52,933 bases of DNA, from the NCBI GenBank assembly GCA_018398765.1, contig JAHBMJ010000251.1, positions 1 to 52,933 of the forward strand, read 5' to 3'. The notes under the pieces are model-generated. The model was not told where the DNA came from. It searched no databases and was given only the letters and a program-made list of their open reading frames with translations. The translations under genes were made by a program, and so were the position numbers. Shown in pieces: positions 35,700-47,515 of the stretch. Source of the DNA: Chromera velia. Taxonomy: Eukaryota. Position 1 is the first letter of the stretch; each line of letters begins with the position of its first letter.

Positions 35700-37458
35700 C
35701 TTGAGAAGAGGCTCGAAAAAAAGGTAGAACAAAGCTTCAAGGAGGAAAAACAACGTAGAATTGACCGGGATTGGAGGTGTTGTTTCCTTTTCGTCTGACC
35801 TACAGAGTAGTCGGTCCTGTCTCCCCCCAGATTTGCCCAGATCACCGGTGTTCTGCTCGAATCTGCCCTGCTTGTCTACTACTGAGTACAGCCGTCGGGG
35901 CCTCTACTTCCATCTGCGTCCTCACCTTTTGGATTGGCACTGGGGTGGATAGACGGTGGAGGGGCTCCTACGTCTTACCTTCGCCCACATCCTCGTCCTA
36001 ACGAAACTGTTCTTTTTCGCTGAGTTTGGAGGTGTGCTCGGCAGAAAAGCGAATCGAAGGTCATGCACATACGTACGGGCGGTTGGCGGGTCTGCAGGCG
36101 GGGCTCGGTTTGGCTGCGTCTGCGTGGCGGGCGTTCTATTCGGGGGGGCGGCGAACAAACAAACAAAGAAACAAACAGACAAAGCAATCCTGGCGGCAGT
36201 CAACAGGCCTGATCCTGAGAATCTTGTACAAAGCGCCGAAGCCTTACGAGCAAAGCTTTGTCTCTGTGTGGATGAAGTCGCGCAGAAGTTGGACTCGTGT
36301 TGTTGGGAGGGGGTGAAGAGGGAGGTCAGGTTGTTGTTGCTCCAACATTCGGATTGGTGGACGTTTCTGGCCGTCTGGCCACAGACCTGGCTGCTCTCGA
36401 GATAACATTGTCAGAGCCTGGGAGGTTCTGTAGCAGTGTTCACGGAGAAGTGGACCAGATTATGCATCATGCAGCTTCCACTCCTGGATCACTTGAAGGC
36501 TTCCTCCACAACCCCTCCAGAACGCAGAAGAGGTGCTGCCAATCCTCGTCAACCATATGGAGAAGCGAACAGGACAACGATTCTCACAGGTGAGCCAGGT
36601 GGCGGTGCTTCGTACTTTTGCTCTCTTGTTTCTCTGTCCCACCTTAATTGTGTGGCAAACTTCAGGTTCAAGGTCAGGGGTGTCTCTTCAATAGGGTGTC
36701 TCTCTCACAATTTCGTCCCGTCTCCCTTCACTTCTGTTGTGCTCCTTTCAGGCCCTCTCTGAACTGTGCTGGAGCTGCGACTCTTTCGGCATCTTGTTCC
36801 TCATCGGAGTGGAGTTCTGCTGTCCCTCAAGAAGGTGAGTGAGTGATGGAGTGCATGATATTGGGGAGGTTGCGGAACGATGCATGTTTCTCCCGTCAGT
36901 GAGCGATCACAGGCAGTGAAGGGCAGAGGGGGGCGCGTCGTCATGGGGGCTGTTGGGTTCTACTTGTTTCTCTGTATCCAGATGAGATTGCAAGGGGGGC
37001 ATACTTGTTTCTCTCTATCCAGATCAGATTGGGAGGATCGAGTGACATCATTCAGCTGCTGCAACAATCTGCAACAGATCCCCTCCTCCCACTCCTGTGC
37101 GTCCTCCTCTGCCCGCCTCCTCTTCTGTCACTGCAGGGGAAAGTTCGTGTGCCCTTCCGGAGCTTTGACGTTTCAGGTGTGGGAGAGCCCATGGACGCAT
37201 TCAATTGCAAGAGGGATCTGTCGGGTGTTTGACCTTTCTTCCTTCCCCTCTTTCTTGTCTCTGTCTCTTTCCACTTCTCCTCCTCCCGTCCCTCTGCCTT
37301 CACGTAACCGCCACCTCCCCCCTTCTCTCTCTGTGGCTATATGTGTTTGTGTCTGTCTCTCTGACCTGCTGTCTCGCTTCCTGTCTGCCTGCTGGCCTAT
37401 GTGTCTGTGTGTGTGCGTCTGTCTGTGTGTCTGTTTGTCTGTTTGTCTTCTGTGTGTG

Positions 37459-37491
<33 letters not shown>

Positions 37492-37939
37492 TTCTTTTTG
37501 TCTATTGTGCTCATGAAGAAAAAGAGGGAGAAGAAGAAACATATAGTCTGTCTGTCTGACCTGACTGACTTTCTGTCTTTCAGTCTATATGCCTCTCTTC
37601 CTCCCCATTTTTTGGTCTGCGTCTCTCTCTCTCTCTCCCTCTCTCTGTCGGTCTTTCCATCTGTCTGTTTAGATAACCGTCTCGCTTCCTCTCTGGCTTG
37701 TCCGTCTGTTCGTCTGTCTGTCTGTCTATCGGTCTGTCGGTCTTTGTTCTTTCTTCCTTTTGTCTGTTGTGTTCATGAAGAAAAGAAGGGAGAAGAAGAA
37801 ACATATAGTCTGTCTGTCTGGTCTGTCTGCCTGTCGGTCTGTCTGGTCTGTCGGTCTGTCTGTCTGCCGGTCTGTCTGTCTGTCTGGTCTGTCGGTCTGT
37901 CTGTCTGTCTGGAGGAAAAGGAAAAGAAAAGACGATATA

Positions 37940-37975
<36 letters not shown>

Positions 37976-38144
37976 TTTTGTCTATTGTGTTCATGAAGAA
38001 AAAGAGGGAGAAGAAGAAACATATAGTCTGTCTGTCTCCCCTCCTTGCTTCTTTCCTCCATTCACGCATTCATCGGTTGACTCATTCGTTCTCCCCCCCT
38101 TTTCTTCTCTCACGACCAGAAGGCCAGAAGGAGAGAAGACAAGC

Positions 38145-38176
<32 letters not shown>

Positions 38177-38589
38177 GGGAAGGAGAGAGAGAGAGAGGAA
38201 GAAAGAAAAAAAAAAAACAAAGAACGTGTGTCCTTAGGCCAGTTCAGTCGTGCGTGCGTTCATGCAGTGAGTGACTCTCGTGTGCGAGAGAGAACGAGAG
38301 AGAGAGAGAGAGAGAAAGAGAAAGAGAAAGAGAAAGAGAAAGAGAAAGAAAGAAAGAAACAAAGAAACACAAAGAAACAAAGACTCAAAGAACGAGAAAG
38401 GAAGTCATGGAGACTGTCTGTGCCTGCCTGTCTGTCTGTCCGTCTGATGTCCGTCTGTCTGTCTGTCCTACCAGTCTCGGTCCCTTGCCCCCTTCCATTT
38501 AACGTGTCCGTCACCTTTCTCTGTCTTTCTCTGTCTGTATGTCTGTATGTCAAGGAAAAGAAAGAAAGAAAAAAAAGTCATGGGGCCTG

Positions 38590-38624
<35 letters not shown>

Positions 38625-40376
38625 GCCTGTCTCTCATGAAGAAACATATAGTCTGTCATGAAGAGAAGAGGCAAAAGAAAAAACCATTTAGTCTGTCTGT
38701 CTGTCTCCCTTCCTTGCTTCTTTCCTCCATTCACGCATTCATCGATTGACTCATTCGTTCTCCCCCCCCTTTTCTTCTCTCACGACTTCTTCCCCTTGAT
38801 CCCGGGCTTGGGCGGCAACCATTCTTTCTTTCTTGTCTTTCCTCAGGTTCCTGGCTGTCTCTCTTTTTCTGTGTCTTTGCATGATTGCAGATGGGCGGGG
38901 CACCAATTCTTGGCGCGGCTCTCGGCGGAGCTTTGTGCGTGGCTCTCTTGGAGATTCCGAAGGTCATTTTTTGATCCATACAGAAAGGAATTTCAATCAA
39001 AAGCCGTGAAGAGAGAAGAGAACTCAGACAGAGAAGAGAAGAGAAGAGAAGCCGTGGAAGGGCTCAGAGAAGACCTGCTGGCCGTTGACAGACAGACAGA
39101 CGCCTCCCTTCCTCCAGCAAGACAGAAGAATGAATCAGGAATGAGCACGGTGACCCCCACCAGCACCAGCTCCTGACAGCTGTAGACACTGTATGAGTGT
39201 GACCTCAACTCCTCTCAATTCCTTCACTTTCCCCCCTGTGCTTCTCACGTGGTCGGTTCGCTGTTCTGCTGCAGATTGACAGTGACCACATGTACATGCA
39301 TGAGTGGAGATTCTTCACCCTGGAGACCTTCAACGTTCGGTGGCCGGGGGTGGTGGTGCAGGCCGGAAGCAAAGCACCACTGTTGGGGGGCACGCAGGAG
39401 GTTGGGGGGGGNGGGGGGGGGGGAACCTCAGGAGGGAGGGGAGGGGCACTGCCGGAATGGAATGGACTAGATGCGGGGCGGGTGGCATGACGAGTCTCCA
39501 GTGCGGGGGGCTCCTTGGCCTCTCTGAGTTGATTGGGGGTGTCGCTGGCTAGTTGCGATCCGCAGCAGAAGTCGCGGTGGGGCTGTTCTGCCTGTCTTTT
39601 GCCGGTCAAGTAAGGACGCTTTTCCGGGGGCGATGGCCTCCCACGTGAGTGGTGCTGCTTCTGTCTTTGGCTGTTAGAACGTCGGCTGAATCCTCATACC
39701 CAGAGCCTGGCCTTGCGTCGAAAACTCTGACTGGCCTTGAGAAGAAATTGCAGGTGAGTCTTCCGAAGCTTTGTGTGCATGCGTGATCATTCTCTTCACG
39801 CTCTCACAACTTCCTTCACTGTATTTTCCCAAAGGTTTCATCCTGCGCAGCCCGTCATGGATCCGCTCGCGCGTTTGAAACAGATGAAAAGTACAGTCAA
39901 GCAGATTCTGTGTGTGGTCACTGTTGTGACACTGAATCAATGATGTGAAAGAATCGCATTGTTGATTGTCCCCGCGTTGTATTTTCCCAAAGGTTTCATC
40001 CTGCGCAGCCCGTCATGGATCCGCTCGCGCGTTTGAAACAGATGAAAAGTACAGTCAAGCAGATTCTGTTTGTGCTCACTGTTGTGACACTGAATCAATG
40101 ATGTGAAAGAATCGCATTGTTGATTGTCTGTGTGGAAGACTCAAACCTTTTTTTGTATGCAGGTCATCTCAACACGGAGCTAGCTTTGGGACGGATGAAT
40201 GGCTGACTTTTCCACTGGAGGATGGGGATCTCTCAATAGTCACCAAAGAGATGACAGAGGTTGGAGAGGAGAATGAAGGGGAAAGGGAAAAGGGGGGAGG
40301 GAGAGACGGGGAGAAGGGTCGCGAGGATGGGGATCTCTCAATAGTCACCAAAGAGATGACAGAGGTTAGAGCCTGA
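35700..40376 (+). pseudogene. Degenerate intron-containing cargo gene in the right arm, ending in a TIR-encoded exon (40163-40376)
   Basis: Coding-like frames are interrupted by single TAG (35950), TAA (36403) and TGA (~39728) stops. Introns are microsatellite-filled; donor at 39754, acceptor at 40162. Confidence 0.4.
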
Positions 40377-41029
40377 GAGGAGAATGAAGGGGAAAGGGGA
40401 AAGGAGGGAGGGAGAGATGAGGAGAAGGGTCACGAGGATGGGGATCTCTCAATAGTCACTAAAGAGATGACAGAGGTTAGAGAGGAGAATGAAGGGGAAA
40501 GTATTTAACGAAAATTAATAAGTGGTATCGTATAGGAAAAACATGAAGTTCACTTTCATGGACCACAATCTTTTAACGATGATGGTGGTGCCGTTAACAT
40601 TTAGCTGGTTTACTATTTAAATTCCACTAAAAAAATTAAAATTGGGCATACAGGGGTAATTAGTAGAATATATTCCTAAAAAGGTAATTAGCATTCAAAT
40701 AATCAAAATGGTACTTTTAATTAACTATATTCCTAAAACCCCTAAGAGGCACAGTAAGTGAGCGGTCAGAAGTGCATTATATTGGTTTTGGAGGTCTTTA
40801 TCCACCACGACCAGTCGAAGAGTCCTGTTGAGCACCATGGTGGTAACTTTATCTGTGCATGTAGATACCAGACATGTGAAAGGGACGACCGATAGTATAT
40901 GCTTATAATCGTTTCACTTTTTTTACTTATGTTTGCTTTCATCGTTTTGTTCGCATTCATTTCTCGGAATTTTCTCCCCCCTTGTGTCTGTATATATAGA
41001 AAGTAACCAATCTCTTTTTGTGTCAATGC

Positions 41030-41700
41030 CTGTAGCATCTCTCTGATTCAGTCGCACTGCCATTGTATATCAAATGTCGTCCTGTCGCATCTGCTGTCCT
41101 GTCGCATCTGCCGTCCTATCGCATCCTGTAGCATCTCTCTGATTCAGTCGCACCTGCCATCTTGTAGCAAATGTCGTTCTGTCGCATCTGCCGTCCTGTC
41201 GCATCTGTCGTCCTGTCACATATGCCTTCCTGTCGCATCTCTCTAATTCAGTCGCACCTACCATTTTATATCAAATGCCGTCCTGTCGCACTTGCCGTCC
41301 TGTCGCACCCGCCGTCCTGTAGCATCTGTCGTCCTGTCGCATTTTGTCATCCTATCGCATCTGCCGTCCTGCAGCAAATGCCGTCCTGTAGCAAGTATCC
41401 TCTCGTATCAAAATGCTGCCTTGTAGTATCTGTCATCCTGCAACAAATGTTGTCTTGTAGCATCTTCTATCTAGTATCAAGTACGTAGTGAAATACAATT
41501 TTATGCCTCTGTAGTAAATGTTATTTGATATCAAACACTTGTTTATAGTATCTACTGTTTCATAACAAATACCTAGTCAAATATTATCTTATAGCATCCA
41601 CCATCTTATAGGAACTATTATTCTATAATATCTGCTATTTGGTAGTAAATACCTAGTCAAATATTCTTTTATAACATCTAGTATTTTGTAGTAAAATTTA
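41030..41700 (+). repeat. ~17-bp minisatellite (cctgtcgcatctgccgt) with progressive AT-ward decay
   Basis: Units grade from ctgtcgcatctgccgt to ttgtagtatctgtcat to ttataacatctagtat. Confidence 0.8.
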
Positions 41701-42009
41701 ATTGATTGATTGATTGTCTCACACTAGACGTTGTGCCACTAAGTTAAATGGTCTCCTACGCAAAAATATTCTATCATAGTAAGCTAGAATTCTGACATAT
41801 CTTGATATAGTAAGTAAACATGTATTACCACATTTTAATAAAAAAACTATACGAGAGTGGACTGGCAATAGACAGACCATATGGCGTGTAGGGGGGGCAT
41901 AGCACTTAGTGTGATGTGCATGGCGGGACCGATCAACGCAACTACCGACCTAAATGGCGGCACCGCAGCGGCAGTGTAAGAAGGCACTTATTGGGCCACC
42001 AAGTTAAAG

Positions 42010-42310
42010 AGTCTCACTTCATAACTACCCAAACGTCTCACTTTTTTTAAACCCATTCCGGCCACAAGGGAAGGAGCCGATTGCCATCATCTCCACAGCT
42101 ACTTCAAAGTTTGTAAGGGTGCTGCCCAGCTGCTCATCATACTTGTCAGCAATTATTGGGTCACTAGGTAGACTTCATAATTACCGAAACGTCTCACTTT
42201 TTTGACTAATTCTTGCCACAAGGGAAGGAGCCGATTGCCATCCACTTCGGAGTCCGCAGCACCACCATCAGTTTGCAAGGCTGCTGTCTAGCTACTGATC
42301 ATGCTTGGTG
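42010..42310 (+). repeat. ~160-bp imperfect tandem duplication
   Basis: cttcataa..aaacgtctcactttttt..gccacaagggaaggagccgattgccatc occurs at ~42017 and ~42173. Confidence 0.75.
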
Positions 42311-42457
42311 TTCTCCATCTTCCTTTGCCTGCTGAGCGACTTTCAAGGTTCGTACCCTTGGTTATAACACAGAAGCCCTCTCTTTGGTTCGTTCCCGCCT
42401 CCTACATCTGTCTGTCTCCTCCATGATGCGCAGTGTACCTTTTAACTTCTCCGTGTT

Positions 42458-42596
42458 CACTCTGCGGCTGCAGATCAGCACGAACACGAGCGATGAGCAC
42501 ACGGTTGAGTCTGTCAATCTCACCGATCTCACTTTGTGGCTGCAGATTGGCATGAATACGAGAGACGAGCACATGGCTGAGTTAGTCGATCTCACA
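42458..42596 (+). repeat. 72-bp tandem repeat (2 copies) in a degenerate coding-like fragment
   Basis: cactctgcggctgcagatcagcacgaacacgag.. vs cactttgtggctgcagattggcatgaatacgag.. Confidence 0.7.
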
Positions 42597-43214
42597 GCGG
42601 GTCTGCTCGCCGGCCGGCTTCTATGACGTACGCCTCGTCGTCATCGCTTGAAGCAAAGGAACGACTCGTGCTCTTTGCGTGGTTCTGGTCACTCTCCAAA
42701 GATGAAGAGCACTCTGGCAGGTCTGTCCTTTCTAAATCGTTTCTTCCTCTAATACTTTTGACAATACTTTCTTATACTTTTTCTATCATTTTAAAATTAA
42801 TTTTTTCTTTTATCAATCACTTTCTTTTAGTTCTATATATTTTCTTATGTCTAGACTAGCCTTATGTCTAGACTAGCACATAGCAAAGCAAGTGCCAACT
42901 AGTCTTGGTGCATGCATGAGGCCTCGCCAAGCGAATTCTAACTATCCTAGGCTAGCAATAGCTAGCAATACTAATTATATATTCTGACTGCCACTCATTG
43001 TTGGTATACACGACGGCTCCTGGTTAAGTTACCCCTTAGGTTACCCCCTAGACCATTAGGCTAGACGCTGAAATAAGGCTGGGAAAAGGTTCATTTGAAA
43101 AAGGTTCAAATATGAAAAAATGAACCTGTTAAACCTGGTAAACTTGTTTTAAACCTGTTTTTGAGACCATGCCACGACGATGGCTAGGATCATACTACGA
43201 TTTATGCACGTCTA

Positions 43215-43964
43215 GGCCACCCACATAAAAAAAAAATAAAAAAAGTAATTGCCTAAAATCGATTTTTGATTTTTTTTTTTTTTATTTTTAATATGAAAAA
43301 TCTGGGCCCAGTTTAGATCTCCCACTTAGGAAGGGCTCTAGCTCATAGTTTAGCTTAGGGTCTAGCTTCCACCGGCTTCCACTTAGCGACTAGTTTGAGG
43401 ATCTAAAAGTCACTCTTGATTTAAGAAAGTCTCAAAAAAAGAAAATAAATGAACAAAAGAAAACTGTCTGCTGCTGCTGAGATCTGTTGAGCCTTTCCAC
43501 CTCTACCTACTCCTCCCCGCCTGTCTTCTGTACTATCCCCCTCTGGCCTCTGCCTCTGCTCATGGTAAGCAAATGAAGAGACAGCAGGAGCATGAGTGTC
43601 CTCTTTCCGGGCCTTTGTTGGGTGAATCGAACTAACGGGACTGGGGGGGGGCATTTGACGTTAAGCTCTGTCTTCCCCTTTTTCTTCTACTTCCTATTGT
43701 CTTTGGGGAGAAGTGGGGGCCTCGTCTAGGGCCTCGTGCTGCTTAATATGTTACTGAAGGGACAGTGGTTCCATCTTTGAATGGTGTATGCGGTTCGCGG
43801 GAGACCTGAAGAGCTGTGGGAGACTTGCTCAGACTCTCTGTTAGTCTAGGTACTAGGCCTAGCACTAGGCTAACTTTAACGACCGAAATATGAACGTCGA
43901 AAATAATAATAAAAAAAATTAACTAATTAGGTTTTTAGCTCTTTTTTTTTTTATGTGGGTAGCC
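43215..43964. mobile_element. ~750-bp MITE-like element, TA-flanked
   Basis: TIRs GGC(C/T)ACCCACATAAAAAAAAAA at 43215 and (reverse) 43964, with TA on both sides. Confidence 0.65.
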
Positions 43965-44495
43965 TAAAATGTACGTATGATACACGCACGTGACCACTAG
44001 GATAAGCTTGCATGGGCCAGGCCAGGCCAGGGTGCGCCGCCCACGGCTTAGGAGAAAGAAAGAGCCGGCCTGGGAGCTGGGATGGAGCTGGGTATCTAGC
44101 AAGTTAATGTATACTAAATAATAATTGTTTCCATGCATGCAGTTGTTTTAATTTATTAACGACTGCGCTTTCTGGCATTCTTTGGCCAGGCTCGGGTAAT
44201 TAGGGTCAAACGGATCGTAAAGGCGCTAACTTATAGGGGTCCGGCTAGGTTATGGGCCGGGGCTAAAGAGTAGATGAGGTTAAAAAAGGGGGCTAGAGTA
44301 GTACTAGGAAAAGGTTCAAGGTTCATGGTTTACTTTGAAGTAATGAACGTGAATTAGGTTCAAAAACGGGTTCACTTTTAAATAGTGTAAATTAACTTGC
44401 CATTTTTGATACTGTATTTTGAGTTTTTACATGTTTTTTGAGCGTTTTTCTGATAGTTTTAGTGCTTTTTTGTAATGCTAGTTTGTAATCTAAAA

Positions 44496-46992
44496 AAAGA
44501 GAATGACTAAATGATGGCCATTGGGATGCAGAGCTAGATCTCCATAATGGTGGAACTACCTTATGAAATAGTCTATCCGTCAAGGCAGAATAGAATAAAC
44601 AGCCGAAAGGCGTTTAATTAGCTAGTGCTGCATAAAGTGAATCGATCTGAACTGGCTACTGCTGAATGCGCGTGGCATAAAATCGTATAAAATCGAATGT
44701 GGGTGTGGCAATCCCATCCCGGCCAGCACGGCGCTTCGGCACCGCGCAGCACGGCCTGCACGCTCGGCCCGCCAGGTCCAGAAGCAAGCATGGATACGCG
44801 GCAGGCTGGTACCCTATACTTTAACTCCCCCCCTTGATTACGTTTCTATGCAAGCTTTGCAAAGAGAAAGAAACAGAAGCAAAACACCAGGGAAAGATAA
44901 AGATAAAGGGAATGAAACAGCCTTTTGGTCTGACTGCTTGAGAGCCAATGAAAGCTTTTCTTGCTTTCACTTGCCTGCCAGTGTTGAAGATTGAAGAGCA
45001 CACATGAAAGGATAACAGAGAGACAGAGGGCTAGGCATCACAAGAACAAGGTCAGAGAGCTAGGCATCACAAGACTGTCTGTCTCCGGCCTGCCTCTTAA
45101 GTCTACCTTTCTTTGGCCTGCCTTTTAGGTCTGGCTGTCTATTGCCTTTCAAAAGATGAGCGCTTCATAACACTGGAAAAGCAACAGGGAAAGAAAGAAT
45201 CCATGCAGTGGCTATGTAGAAAGACAGAACAAATCGTGCCTTGTATGCTTCAGAATCTCCATCAAAGAGTTTTATCACATGTACAGTTTGCACTCACTGC
45301 CTAACAAGAGAAAACAAACACTGCAAACCTTGCATTCGCAACTCAGCGGAGCGTTTTTATATCCCTTCTCACGCTGGTGTGTACACGGATAGACGTTGAC
45401 TGGCAGAAGACGCGGAGACATCGGCCAAACAAAGATGGAAGAATCCCTCCCTAATCCCCCCCCCCAAAGAGGTGCTTCCAAAACCTTGCCTCCTCAATGA
45501 TCCTGGCAAGCAGACAAGCAAATTCCAGTAGCGATGGTGTGGCACTCCCAGTTTTTGGCGGTCCCTAAAGTAGGTGTGAGCAGATCTAGGGGGGGGCACT
45601 CTTGGGCTCATATAGGGTTACAAGTGCAAAAATGATATAAAGAATAAACCAAAAAACATTTGGACGAGCTTTTCACACAAGTTGGAGGTCCGGCATATTG
45701 AGTTATTTCAAAATCAATCACTTTTACTGTATAGCTTATGTGGTTACATGAACTTACACCTCTTATTATATATGTCCCCTTGCAAGGTTACAGGTTACAA
45801 GGTTACAGGCAGTCTTGAGGTCCGTAACCAACCAAAAAGTCAACTTTTAAAAACTCTTCAAATCACTTCAAAAACACTTTAAAATACATGTAGACGAAGG
45901 TTACATCACTTTTAAAGAGGGTCATTTTAGGTTACAGGTTACAAGGTTACAAGGGGTTTGGCTACAAAGTGAAAGGGACACATCGTTTTTCGTCAGTTTC
46001 TCATGTAACCTCAATCAACAGAAGATGTTTTCAATATTTTTACACGTAACCTGATGAGATTGATCGATTGGGACCACTTTTGAAGGAAGGGTAACATTAC
46101 AGGGGGGTATACCCTTATGTATAGGGGGTGTTGAAACCTGTAACCCAATATAAATGCCAGGCCCTAGGAGCAGATGATGTACTGACGGCTTAGTGTAGTC
46201 CTGGCAGCAACTGGTAGCAGCTGGTGGATGGGCGGCTCATGGCGAAGTAGCGGCAATCATGCTGCTGGAGATCCTTGGATACTTGCTCAAGCTTGTTGAG
46301 GTGGTTGGAGATGAAGGTCCAAAGAGCGTGAGGGGAGATTGGGGACTCAGTGCATCCACAATCATTGGTGTCGTCCGCAAGCAAAGTCCACAAGTGCAAC
46401 ACGGCGTCTCCCAGTGAAAACCTGCTATCGGAGCGACTACAAATCCATCCGGTCTCCACTTCTACTATGTGAAAAGGAAATAACTATCAAAGCATTCCGC
46501 CATTCCAGTTCTGACTGGAACGGGCGGCTTTTAATTCATAGAAGAGTGGAGGAAAAGACTGCTGGAGAAAGATACGGAGACGGAAGTGATCATTGTGGTC
46601 ATTGACTGACCAAAATGGGACACAACAGAGCGCTGTCAACCGCAAAAGAGAATGAGCAAATGATGGCCATCGGGATGCAGAGCTAGATCTCTATGATGGT
46701 GGAACTACTTCATAAAATAGTTTGTCCGTCAAGGCAAAATAGAATGAACAGCCGAAAGGTGTTCAATCAGCTAGTGCTGCATAAAGTGAATCGATCTGAA
46801 CTGGCTGGTGCTGAATGCGCGTGGCACAAAATCGTACAAAATCGAATGTACGCGCGGCAATCCCATCCTGGCCAGCACGGCGCTTCGGCACCGTGCGGCA
46901 GAAGCGCCGTGCGGCACGGCCTGCACGCTGGGCCTGCTGAGTCTAGAAGCAAGCATAGATACGCGGCAGGCTGGTATCCTATACTTCAACTC
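44496..46992 (+). repeat. ~330-bp direct repeats (44496-44827 and 46644-46992) bracketing ~1.8 kb
   Basis: aaatgatggccat(t/c)gggatgcagagctagatct...gatacgcggcaggctggta(c/t)cctatact shared; differences are mostly transitions. Confidence 0.9.
45600..46165. mobile_element. Probable degenerate MITE with GGTTACA subterminal motifs
   Basis: Imperfect TIR atatagggttacaag / cctgtaacccaatat. About nine GGTTACA copies in the left part and TGTAACC copies in the right part. Confidence 0.5.
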
Positions 46993-47515
46993 TAAAGATT
47001 GTAAAAGGTGATCTAAAGATTGCATATAAAATTTAAAACAAAAACGCAGGTTCAACGCTGGATCAAATTCGATCAAATTTGTCAACCGGTCATTTCAAGA
47101 GTCATTTGTCAACCGGTCGGACCTGGGGTCTGGTCCGGCCTAGGGACCAGGCTAAGGTCCGGCCTAACTCGCCTTCGTGCCCGGGCCGCCCGGCCCGCCC
47201 CGCCCGCCGGCCCTCTCTGCCCCCCGTGTCTGCTCGAAGGCCATGCAAAAATGTGCCGTCTCCTGAGTCTGTACAATCCTCTGGTCCGGCTCTGGATTGG
47301 CTGGAAGCTGGTGAGCCTCATTCAGTGGCTCACAGGATCGAGCTCTGTTTCAGTGCGAAGTGTTTGTAGATACATACTCCTCAGTGGCGACTGCTTGAGC
47401 CTTGAGTCACCTGAATTTCTGTAAATCACTTTCTCTGAGAGCTGGAGTGGTTGAGGGATCCCGGGTCAGAAGCCACTGAAGACCTGCCCCCCCCCGTCTC
47501 TCCAGACTCAGAAAA

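Larger units (their letters stand above)
30745..40751. mobile_element. 10.0-kb non-autonomous DNA element with ~1-kb TIRs (30745-31776 / 39738-40751), TG..CA ends and CAG target-site duplication, carrying gene cargo
   Basis: Ends TGCCTCTTAGGGGTTTTAGGAAT.. / ..ATTCCTAAAACCCCTAAGAGGCA. CAG at 30742-30744 and 40752-40754. The TIRs contain ~115-bp (x3) and ~158-bp (x2) internal repeats. No transposase was recognised. Confidence 0.85.

Noticed and set aside
36880..38749. Long ORFs of 464 aa and 173 aa
   Set aside because: Translations of TCTG/GA microsatellites that lack stops by composition.
30745..40751. Maverick/Polinton or virophage identity
   Set aside because: No pPolB, integrase, ATPase or capsid motifs; the TSD is 3 bp rather than 6 bp.
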